A DNA stretch of 63,866 nucleotides, the filler included, from Guillardia theta CCMP2712 (Eukaryota > Protista > Cryptophyta), in assembly GCF_000315625.1 (NCBI RefSeq). It is 5 parts of 5 records of this genome, joined end to end, with 100 filler letters (N's around TTAATTAATTAA, not from the genome) between each part and the next. Parts side by side here need not be neighbours in the genome. Positions count along the whole stretch, not along the records: positions 1 to 30,621 come from NW_005434428.1; 4 more parts are not named here. One strand, written 5' to 3'. The translations under genes were made by a program, and so were the position numbers. This document shows, in pieces, positions 1 to 7,817 of the stretch. The notes beneath the pieces are model-generated. The model had not been told where the DNA came from, did not search any database, and saw nothing but the letters and a program-made list of their open reading frames with translations. Every line of letters begins with the position of its first letter. Within the stretch, counting starts at the first letter, position 1.

Positions 1-48
1 TCAAAACCATTAATAACTTAAGGTGGATCATCGAATCCTGATGTGCCA

Positions 49-630
49 ATGGCACCAGCAGGAGGCAGTCAGTTCAGCATGATTGGTTCTGCATTTTCCG
101 CCCCACTCGACTTGGACTCGATCAACGTCCAGGCCTACCTTGGAGCCAAGTTAGAGACCAAGACACCCGAAAAGAGGGAAGAGATCAAAACATTGCTTAA
201 AATGACAGAGAAATACAACGAAATCAAGGAGCGTATGATCAAAAAAACGATTACCATGCTAGAGAATGCATATGAAACTACTATAACCCCAACCACGAAG
301 AAAATGATAGCTTTGATCAAAGGTCTACTTCTATTCAATAAGACCATCCGTGTCCGTGGCAATACAAACACATCCCTTGCCAAGGCACTGAAGGCAGCCG
401 CGAAGAACCCGACCGGGGAGAAGAAGGAGAAGAAACAAGCCAATACAGCAAACACCCCGTCGCACAAGCTCGCCAAAGAGCGCGGTGTAATACCCCCGGG
501 CAGTAACAAAACAAAGAAGGGGAAAGGGAAGGGGAAAGGGAAAGGGAATGGAAACGGTAAGGGAAAAGGGAAAGGGAATGGAAAGGGAAAAGGGAAAGGG
601 AATCAGAGAGGTCAGGCAGCCAAGAAATAA
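49..630 (+). CDS. Hypothetical basic protein with C-terminal (KG)n tail, possibly nucleic-acid binding
   Basis: Open frame from ATG 49 to TAA 630; Lys-rich, ends KGKGKGKGKGNGNGKGKG...; near the window edge. Confidence 0.6.
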   Translation: MAPAGGSQFSMIGSAFSAPLDLDSINVQAYLGAKLETKTPEKREEIKTLLKMTEKYNEIKERMIKKTITMLENAYETTITPTTKKMIALIKGLLLFNKTIRVRGNTNTSLAKALKAAAKNPTGEKKEKKQANTANTPSHKLAKERGVIPPGSNKTKKGKGKGKGKGNGNGKGKGKGNGKGKGKGNQRGQAAKK

Positions 631-662
631 TGGGAAGAATGGCACGCCCACTCTTTTGGTCC

Positions 663-672
663 GTATTTAAAG
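663..672 (+). promoter_or_regulatory. TATT-type promoter box GTATTTAAAG
   Basis: TATT starts 49 nt before ATG 713; GTATTTAAAGCCATGGGG is nearly identical to GTATTTAAAGCGATGGGG at 27691. Confidence 0.65.
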
Positions 673-712
673 CCATGGGGAGCGGTATCGGAAGAGCTGG
701 GAGTGACAAGCC

Positions 713-1489
713 ATGCCCACCTACTCCAAGCAAGATGGCAAGATCTACAAAGGCAGCTGGAACAAGGAGAACATGCATTACCAGACCTTCAAGAAGGCCC
801 TGGCGGACCACCAAATCGACCACTCCAAGATCATCTTCAAGGCAGACGGGTCGGTGATGGCCCAGGAGCTCGACGCATTGCCTATCTGGAGGAGTGACCG
901 GGTCGATGTCCTGGCAAACATGCACGATGGTGACTACCTGTACCTCCATATGGTGAACATCAACAACATGAACGCCGACAAGAAGTACGTCCACTTCTAC
1001 ATCCTGAAGAGCAACGCGGAGGTGGAGCTCGGCAAGGCCGGCATCACCGAGGAGCAGAAGGCCATATGGACCAAGCGTAAAGCATACGACGAGAGGATGA
1101 TGAACGAGGCCAAGGCACTCGCCATGCAAGGCAAGCTTTTAAAATGGCAGACAAGATTGTACAGCAAGCCCATCGATCCCAAAGACATACAGGAAGGTGA
1201 CTTTGATGAAGTTTCCATGTGGAATGCAGCCACGGTCATGCCAACGCGCTACAACCTGGATTATTGGATCATACTCTGCAACGAGAACAAAGCCAAGAAG
1301 GTGTCCACCCCCAAGTTGAAGCAGCTCAAGCAAGAGAAGAAGGCAAAAGAGGCCATGAACGCCAACCCACAAGCCATGGTGACGGGAGCGTCGCAGTTCA
1401 ACGGCGGCATGGATTCGGACTTGGAGCTTTCGGAGGACGACGACATCTCGGGCGCGCTGAACTCGGCGGCCCGCAACCTCTACATGTAG
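713..1489 (+). CDS. Hypothetical viral protein (258 aa)
   Basis: GCCATG start, strong G/C third-position bias, upstream TATT box, AT-rich spacer after the stop. Confidence 0.85.
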   Translation: MPTYSKQDGKIYKGSWNKENMHYQTFKKALADHQIDHSKIIFKADGSVMAQELDALPIWRSDRVDVLANMHDGDYLYLHMVNINNMNADKKYVHFYILKSNAEVELGKAGITEEQKAIWTKRKAYDERMMNEAKALAMQGKLLKWQTRLYSKPIDPKDIQEGDFDEVSMWNAATVMPTRYNLDYWIILCNENKAKKVSTPKLKQLKQEKKAKEAMNANPQAMVTGASQFNGGMDSDLELSEDDDISGALNSAARNLYM

Positions 1490-1561
1490 ATTCCCATATC
1501 ATATTATCATCATAAACGTTACGAATTTTACTCTCATGTTAGTTTAGAAAGACTTAGAAAC

Positions 1562-3008
1562 TCAGAACGAGTCGGCGTCCTCCACGCTGGGCGCGGCCCT
1601 CTTGCGGCAGGTCTTGGCCTCCTGGGCGGCGTTCCCCATCCCGGGGACGGAGGGGGCGCGGGAGGAGGAGAGGTTGAGCTGCATGCAGAGGTAGTTGGGG
1701 ACGGCCTGCATGTCGAGGTCCACGGCGTAGCCCTCCGGGTTGAGCTTGGGTCCGAGGTCGATGTGGACGCGGCAGCACTTGGGGACGGGGTAGGACGCGT
1801 GGTAGGGCTGCCAGTCCATGGACACCGATGGGTCGACCGGGAGCTCCTTGGAAGGGTCCGACAGGATGCGGAGGTCGAGCCGGACGATGATCTCCCGCTT
1901 GAGCTCCTTGCCGTCCTCCTCGAAGTTGAAGAAGCGGTGGGTCTCGTGGACGAGGCAGCGCCGCACCGCGTCGAAGCTGATCTTGGCGTTGCCGTCCTTG
2001 CGGATCACGACGGTGCTGTCCCGGGTCTGGGGGGCGTGGAGGAGGAAGCGGAGCACGTCGTCGTCCGTGCCGGCAGAGACGTCGATGCCGAGCAGACGGA
2101 GGAAGTCGATGATAGGGGCGGCGCGGTAAACGAGCCTTTTCTTCCACGTGTCTTCATCAACCTTGTAGGAGACCCAGGATTTGACGACCATCAGTTGCAG
2201 GCAACCGCAACTCGCGGCGACCTCGAGCAGCTGGCACGCGCGCTTCACGGTNNNNNNNNNNNNNNNNNNNNNNNNNNNNNNNNNNNNNNNNNNNNNNNNN
2301 NNNNNNNNNNNNNNNNNNNNNNNNNNNNNNNNNNNNNNNNNNNNNNNNNNNCGTGACGCCGGCGCCGTCCTCATCGACGGAGGCCCGGAGGAGGCTGGAG
2401 ACGCTCCTCAGGAGCATCACCTCCCCGCCGTTGCTGAAGAGGTAGTTGGAGCAGGGGCGGCAGCCCTCGGGGGCGTAGGTCTTGCACACCTCCGTGATGG
2501 TCTTCTGCTCCTCGAAGGTGGCGGGGAAATCACCCATCGCGGGTACGAAGGAGTACAGCGTGAGCGGGATGATCTCGNNNNNNNNNNNNNNNNNNNNNNN
2601 NNNNNNNNNNNNNNNNNNNNNNNNNNNNNNNNNNNNNNNNNNNNNNNNNNNNNNNNNNNNNNNNNNNNNNNNNNNNNNNNNNNNNNNNNNNNNNNNNNNN
2701 NNNNNNNNNNNNNNNNNNNNNNNNNNNNNNNNNNNNNNNNNNNNNNNNNNNNNNNNNNNNNNNNNNNNNNNNNNNNNNNNNNNNNNNNNNNNNNNNCTTA
2801 CGGCGCCCTTGTACTGCTGGTTGCTCTCGTGCTTGTCGAAGGAGTAGATCATCAGGCCGCGCCTCCCGTCCGCATCGACATGGATCTCACTCAGGAACTC
2901 GGCGTTCTTGAGCGGCTTGTCCTCCAGCGGCGCCTTGCCCCAGCCCGCGGAGAAGGGCGCCAGCACCACAAAGTGGCTCGGCAGCGACCTGGAATCGCCG
3001 CCCGACAT
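1562..3008 (-). CDS. Hypothetical viral protein interrupted by assembly gaps
   Basis: Three GC3-biased coding segments (MSGGDSRSLPSHFVVL..., EIIPLTLYSF..., TVKRACQLLEV...DADSF*) separated by N runs; true start may lie in the 3020-3360 gap. Confidence 0.7.
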
Positions 3009-3360
3009 CGTCTTCGCCTNNNNNNNNNNNNNNNNNNNNNNNNNNNNNNNNNNNNNNNNNNNNNNNNNNNNNNNNNNNNNNNNNNNNNNNNNNNNNNNNN
3101 NNNNNNNNNNNNNNNNNNNNNNNNNNNNNNNNNNNNNNNNNNNNNNNNNNNNNNNNNNNNNNNNNNNNNNNNNNNNNNNNNNNNNNNNNNNNNNNNNNNN
3201 NNNNNNNNNNNNNNNNNNNNNNNNNNNNNNNNNNNNNNNNNNNNNNNNNNNNNNNNNNNNNNNNNNNNNNNNNNNNNNNNNNNNNNNNNNNNNNNNNNNN
3301 NNNNNNNNNNNNNNNNNNNNNNNNNNNNNNNNNNNNNNNNNNNNNNNNNNNNNNNNNNNN

Positions 3361-3370
3361 GTATTTAAAA
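3361..3370 (+). promoter_or_regulatory. TATT-type promoter box GTATTTAAAA
   Basis: 67 nt before ATG 3429; directly abuts an N gap. Confidence 0.5.
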
Positions 3371-3428
3371 AAAAATAAAAAAAAACAGGAAAAAAAAATC
3401 TAGGGGCGGGCTTCACTCCCCACACAGC

Positions 3429-3617
3429 ATGGTGATGGAGCAAGAGGAGAAGGAGAAGCGAATCCGCTCCCTCGCGCTCTCCATCGAGCTCATCAAGAAC
3501 AACACAACCTACACACGCACCGACGGTATCCAGCAGAGCTTCAACTACCGGGTGTCTGTCAACTCCCCCTCGGGGTCTTTCTTGGGAGTCACGCAAACCA
3601 ATGACCCGATATTGTAA
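3429..3617 (+). CDS. Small hypothetical protein (62 aa)
   Basis: ATG ORF with coding-like codon usage downstream of a TATT box. Confidence 0.55.
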   Translation: MVMEQEEKEKRIRSLALSIELIKNNTTYTRTDGIQQSFNYRVSVNSPSGSFLGVTQTNDPIL

Positions 3618-3637
3618 TTGAAGGATCAAGCTTCGTT

Positions 3638-4306
3638 TTAGGTCTTGTCTGGTTGTTTAAGAGCGAACATCATGATGAAATGAAAATGATATCCTGAAGT
3701 ATGCTGCTGTATGTTATCCAAAAAGTTGCTGTAATGAAATTTTATTCCGAATCTTTTGTTGATCTCTTTTTCCATATCTTTCATTTCACGTATTATTTTA
3801 TCGAGATGAGACAATCTGTACTTCATTATCATATATGGGTCATTCAATGAATGGATATACAACAAAGCACCTATATGATTCTCTATGCTGATTGAAGTTA
3901 CGTTCAATATATCATTCTTTCGTTTCTGTACGATATCAAAAAGTTTTCCACGTTCGTTCAATTCTTCGTAATAAGCATACAAGGATTTAGTCAAATAACT
4001 AAGGGTTCGATTCAATGATCCATTTGTAACGAAATTCGCATTTCTGAATTTAAGTATTTTATCAATGATCTCATCAAGATTATTCGCATACTGTTCAATG
4101 TTCATAATGTCATTGTCCAGATTATCAATGATTGAATTTAAAACTTGATTTATCTTTACTAGATCCACTTGCAAAATTTGTTTTAGATCATCTTGCATTT
4201 CTTTCATCATTTTCTGGTACAGATCATGAGCAGTTTCCAACTTTTCATAGATGTCATTCTCGCTGAGCATCATTCCCATGTGCTTCTTGCACTCCGCGTA
4301 ATCCAT
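3638..4306 (-). CDS. AT-rich helical/coiled-coil hypothetical protein (222 aa)
   Basis: ATG at 4306 (MDYAECKK); TATATAAAA on the minus strand at 4355-4363; much lower GC than its neighbours. Confidence 0.75.
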   Translation of the reverse strand: MDYAECKKHMGMMLSENDIYEKLETAHDLYQKMMKEMQDDLKQILQVDLVKINQVLNSIIDNLDNDIMNIEQYANNLDEIIDKILKFRNANFVTNGSLNRTLSYLTKSLYAYYEELNERGKLFDIVQKRKNDILNVTSISIENHIGALLYIHSLNDPYMIMKYRLSHLDKIIREMKDMEKEINKRFGIKFHYSNFLDNIQQHTSGYHFHFIMMFALKQPDKT

Positions 4307-4344
4307 CTCTCTCTCTCTCCACACACACACACACACACACACAC
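4306..4344. repeat. (TC)n(CA)n compound microsatellite
   Basis: Seen directly, between the TATA box and the ATG of the 3638-4306 gene. Confidence 0.9.
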
Positions 4345-4434
4345 TCACTCACCGTTTTATATAGTGATGATCACCCTGTGATGGGCAGCATGCAGTGGGT
4401 ACAGGTCTGATTTAGCCAGTACCCCTACAGAGAC

Positions 4435-4869
4435 TGACATTCAAGGGTGGGGTACTCTGTGGTACTAAATTGAGTAATTTTATAATTACTAATAAAGCCC
4501 AGGCCCCCAGGGAAGGCCCCCCCCTGGCCAGAATCTGAAAACCGTTAAACCGTTAAACCGTTGAAAACCGTTAAAATTTATATTTTGCATATATTTCTTG
4601 CATTAGTAAAAAAGTAGGACAGGTAGTAGTAGTAGTAGTAGTAGTATAGTAGTAGTAGAGTAGTAGATAGTAGTAGAAGTAGAGTAGAGTAGAGTAGAGT
4701 AGAGTAGAAGTGTCCTACCATTGTCCTACTCTTAACGGTTTAACGGTTTAACGGTTTAACGGTTTTCAGATTCTGGCCAAGGGGGGGCCTTCCCTGGGGG
4801 CCTGGGCTCTATTAGTAATTATAAAATTACTCAATCTAGTACCATAAATCACCCCACCCCTGAATATCA
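4435..4869. repeat. Long imperfect inverted repeat (arms ~4435-4574 and ~4732-4869) with four AAACCGTT units per arm and an AT-rich/(AGT)n/(AGAGT)n spacer
   Basis: The reverse complement of the right arm aligns with the left arm with only scattered mismatches and small indels. Confidence 0.92.
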
Positions 4870-4907
4870 CCCAACGTGGAGGGTGGGGTACCGTGTCCTA
4901 CCGCGTC

Positions 4908-6279
4908 CTACCATCGTCCTATCCTCTCCTGAACCGCGTCTAGGATGCGGTCGAGGACGGGGACGAGCCTTGGGGTGAGGTGGCGGTTTGCGGCGGAGGT
5001 GATGAACCATGCGAAAAGGTAGGACAGTGCGGCGAAGAGGGTGGCGACGCGTCCAAGGCGGAGGAGGCGCATGAGTGCGGCGAGGAGGGCGGCGACCGGG
5101 TACTGGTAGACGAGGCCGAGCCTGGCGATGGGGAGGTGCTCGGAGAGCCACCTTGGGAGGTCTGCGGCGGCGGCGGCCTGGTGGAGGGAGCAGAGGAGGA
5201 TGAAACCTGCGGGGACGGCGCGGGAGACGACCGGGGTCGAAGTGGGTCATGCAGGGGGCTCCGAGGGCGATCCTTGCGCAGAGGGCGTCGTCGGTGGGCT
5301 GGGTCTGGTCGATCTGCGAGACCCACACGAGGAAGTGGAGGAAGAGGACGTGCCTCCCAGTAGCGGATGGCGCGGATGCCTGCCCCAGTGGAAGACGCCC
5401 GCGGGTGGTCCTGCGGCTGATGTAGATGTAGCAGACGCAGCCGAGGGTGTACTCCGAGAAGCGGGTGAGGAGGAAGCGGAAGGAGTAGTAGAAGTGGTTG
5501 TCGCGCATGTTGACCGAGGTCATGACGCACGAGACGGTGATCTGGAAGAAGATGTTGGCCATGTTGACGTACTCGTGCCTCTCGGGGAAGTTCCTGACGG
5601 TGGTGGCGATGGCGAGGCGGACGAGCGGGAAGGCCGTCCTGCAGAGGAGGAGGGTCATGAGGATGGAGGTCGACTCGTTGAAGAGCCTGTAGTGGGCCTG
5701 CTGCTGGGTCTCCATGAAGGGCGAGAGGTAGAGGAGCGAGCCGAGGTTGATGGCCCAGGTCATCGGGCTGGACCACAGGCCTTGCGCCATCATGCCGAAA
5801 GGGATGAGGAGGAGGTTCACCAGGGCGAGGTGCGGGTAGACCTCCGCGTTGACGTCGTAGAGCACGCGCAGGGGCTTGGCGTCTTCACTCCAGTAGTGGT
5901 GGGAGTCGGCGCAGCCCGTGAGGATGAAGAGGACGGTGACGGCGTCGACGGTGATGCTCTCCATGGTCTGCAGGACGCAGAAGATGTTGCTCTGTTTTCT
6001 GTCGTCGTCGTCGGCCCTGGAGAGCACCAGGGAGGTGTAGAACGCGAAGGTGACGATGAGGCAGAGCGACTGGGAGGCGCGGACGAGGATGAAGGTCGTG
6101 TCGAGGTCCAGGTCGTCGTCGTCGGTGTAGTCGCCCGGTGGGATGCTTGGGTCGTTGGCGGTGTCCCTGCTCGGTGGGTAGACGAAGGCGTCCCTCTCTC
6201 CCTCCTCGCATGCCTCGTGCAGGTTCATGGGTTCCTTCTTGGGGTCGTCCTTGGTATCCTGGTTGTGGACTTCCTTCAT
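4908..6279 (-). pseudogene. Frameshifted multi-pass membrane protein, acyltransferase-3 (OafA/AT3)-like
   Basis: Motifs in AT3 order: AVTVLFILTG, EVYPHL, FN...AFPLV, RFSEYTLG. One extra base near 5233-5236; removing it restores a hydrophobic C-terminus (...GLVYQYPVAALLAALM...IGRW*) ending at TAG 4908-4910. Confidence 0.6.
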
Positions 6280-6414
6280 TCCTCCCTCTGGCCTTCCCGT
6301 GGTCCTCCCGCGTTTATGTAGCGCCGGGGCGCGGCGGGGTGAAACCTGCCTTGTGGGGAACGGCGCGGAGATTATATAAGCGCGCGGCTGGGGCTGGATG
6401 GTACTGATTCTATC

Positions 6415-7098
6415 ATGGGTCGTAAAAAGCAGAAGATATGGAAACCTATGCAAATGCTGACTGAGAGAGACAAGGAGGAAATCTTAAACATACCCAACTT
6501 GTATCCAATGCTGAATGCCATGCGGCAGCATTTAGAAGATACGAATGTCAAGCAGAGCGTTGAAAAAAAGGAGGATATGGTCGTGCTCGATAAGAAAGCA
6601 CGGGAGGACGATATTGCATTTGCACATAAAAACTTATGCGAATGGGTTGATAAGGTAAAGGATCCCAATGATATCGATGACGTCAAGGGATTCATTGAAG
6701 ATGTTACCAAGGAACTCGACAGCCTTGTACACTTCGCAAAGTTTCGAGTCAAGACGAAATCCAAGCCCGATACCATGGATTATGCATTGCTCGAGTTCTG
6801 GGAGTCGGGCCTGACCGATCTCTCTGGCTTTGACGGCCTGTGCACCATCGACGATGCGAGGAAGGTGAAGATCCAGACCATGGCCAACACGCTGAAGCTG
6901 CACGATGGCGTCACTGAGAAGGAGTCCGCAGATTCGGAGAAGATGGAGGTAATCTATATTTCCGATGAGTCCGATGCCCGTGAAGAGAAGGGAACCAAGA
7001 TCAACACGGAGGATTCCAAGCCCCTCAGCGAGGAAGAAGAGGACTGGGGGGAAATGGAGGAAGTATCCGACGATGAAGAATGGGAGGAATTGAGTTGA
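6415..7098 (+). CDS. Hypothetical protein (227 aa) with basic N-terminus and acidic C-terminal WEEL (LIR/AIM-like) motif
   Basis: MGRKKQK...EEEEDWGEMEEVSDDEEWEELS*; TATATAAG at 6373-6380. Confidence 0.85.
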   Translation: MGRKKQKIWKPMQMLTERDKEEILNIPNLYPMLNAMRQHLEDTNVKQSVEKKEDMVVLDKKAREDDIAFAHKNLCEWVDKVKDPNDIDDVKGFIEDVTKELDSLVHFAKFRVKTKSKPDTMDYALLEFWESGLTDLSGFDGLCTIDDARKVKIQTMANTLKLHDGVTEKESADSEKMEVIYISDESDAREEKGTKINTEDSKPLSEEEEDWGEMEEVSDDEEWEELS

Positions 7099-7260
7099 GC
7101 ATGCGTAGAAGAGTAGGCAAACCCTTCTTTTCCCTCTCCCGCTCTCACTTGCGTAAGGAATTAAAGTACGAAACGATATCCCCTAGTATCCCCGGGTCGC
7201 GGCAGGGTGAAACCTGCCTATATAAGCGCGCGGTTGGGCCTGCATGGTACTGATTCTATC

Positions 7261-7632
7261 ATGGGTCCTAAAAAGCAGAAGATGTACGAACGCAAGCAGT
7301 CGCTGGCTGAGATCATATCCGAAAGCCAAGAGACAGGCGACTTGGATAAAGCATTGGATGCCGTGCGTCAATTTATCAAAAAGACATCTACCGATCCTTT
7401 CAAGGACAAATTTGATACTTTCAAGGATCCTTTCAAGGACAATTTTGATCCTTTCAAGGATCCTTTCAAGGACAAATTTGATACTTTCAAGGATCCTTTC
7501 AAGGCCAGCGCGAAGAGTGTCAAGGCCAGCGTGAAGAATACCAATTTAAACGCCAATGATCTTGCCTTTACCAAGACTGCCTACGACAAGCTCTCCAGTG
7601 ATGATGATGGAGAATGGGAGGAATTGAGTTGA
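7261..7632 (+). CDS. Paralogue (123 aa) with DPFK/FxDxF repeats and C-terminal WEEL motif
   Basis: MGPKKQK...SSDDDGEWEELS*; TATATAAG at 7219-7226; ATG 7261 is homologous to ATG 6415. Confidence 0.8.
   Translation: MGPKKQKMYERKQSLAEIISESQETGDLDKALDAVRQFIKKTSTDPFKDKFDTFKDPFKDNFDPFKDPFKDKFDTFKDPFKASAKSVKASVKNTNLNANDLAFTKTAYDKLSSDDDGEWEELS
7393..7503 (+). repeat. Coding 33-bp tandem repeat (~3.4 copies), DPFKDKFDTFK
   Basis: Unit GATCCTTTCAAGGACAAATTTGATACTTTCAAG. Confidence 0.9.
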
Positions 7633-7760
7633 GCATGCGTAGAAGAGTAGGCAAACCCTTCTTTCCCTCCCGCTCCCACTTGCGTAGTGAATTAAAGTAC
7701 GAAACAATATCCCCTCGTGGTCTTGTTGAAGCCTGTCCCGTGGTGAACGGCGCGGGCATT

Positions 7761-7768
7761 GTATTTAG
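7761..7768 (+). promoter_or_regulatory. TATT-type box GTATTTAG upstream of the giant ORF
   Basis: 56 nt before ATG 7818; lies in a diverged third copy of the duplicated promoter (TGAAGCCTGTCCCGTGGTGAACGGCGCGGGCATTGTATTTAG vs TGAAACCTGCCTTGTGGGGAACGGCGCGGAGATTATATAAG). Confidence 0.55.
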
Positions 7769-7817
7769 GACTTATGTGGTGGGTTTGGGCGATTGGGGGC
7801 TGCGCGTTGGGTGCGGC

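Larger units (their letters stand above)
6324..7715 (+). repeat. Tandem gene duplication with highly conserved 5' blocks (~6324-6437 and ~7191-7283) and 3' blocks (~7072-7184 and ~7606-7715)
   Basis: Shared GGGTGAAACCTGCC...TATATAAGCGCGCGG...GGTACTGATTCTATCATGGGTC and GAATGGGAGGAATTGAGTTGAGCATGCGTAGAAGAGTAGGCAAACCC...ATTAAAGTACGAAAC. Confidence 0.92.

Noticed and set aside
4053-4060. Additional GTATTT match
   Set aside because: It lies inside the AT-rich minus-strand gene with no downstream plus-strand ORF; treated as background.
4867-5235. Pro/Arg-rich C-terminus of the 528-aa minus-strand ORF
   Set aside because: Out-of-frame read-through after the frameshift; the shifted frame gives the expected membrane helices.
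7614-7817. N-terminal extension of the giant ORF in the ORF track
   Set aside because: It runs through the neighbouring gene's end, the duplicated 3' block and the TATT box; ATG 7818 begins the hydrophobic N-terminus at promoter-consistent spacing.
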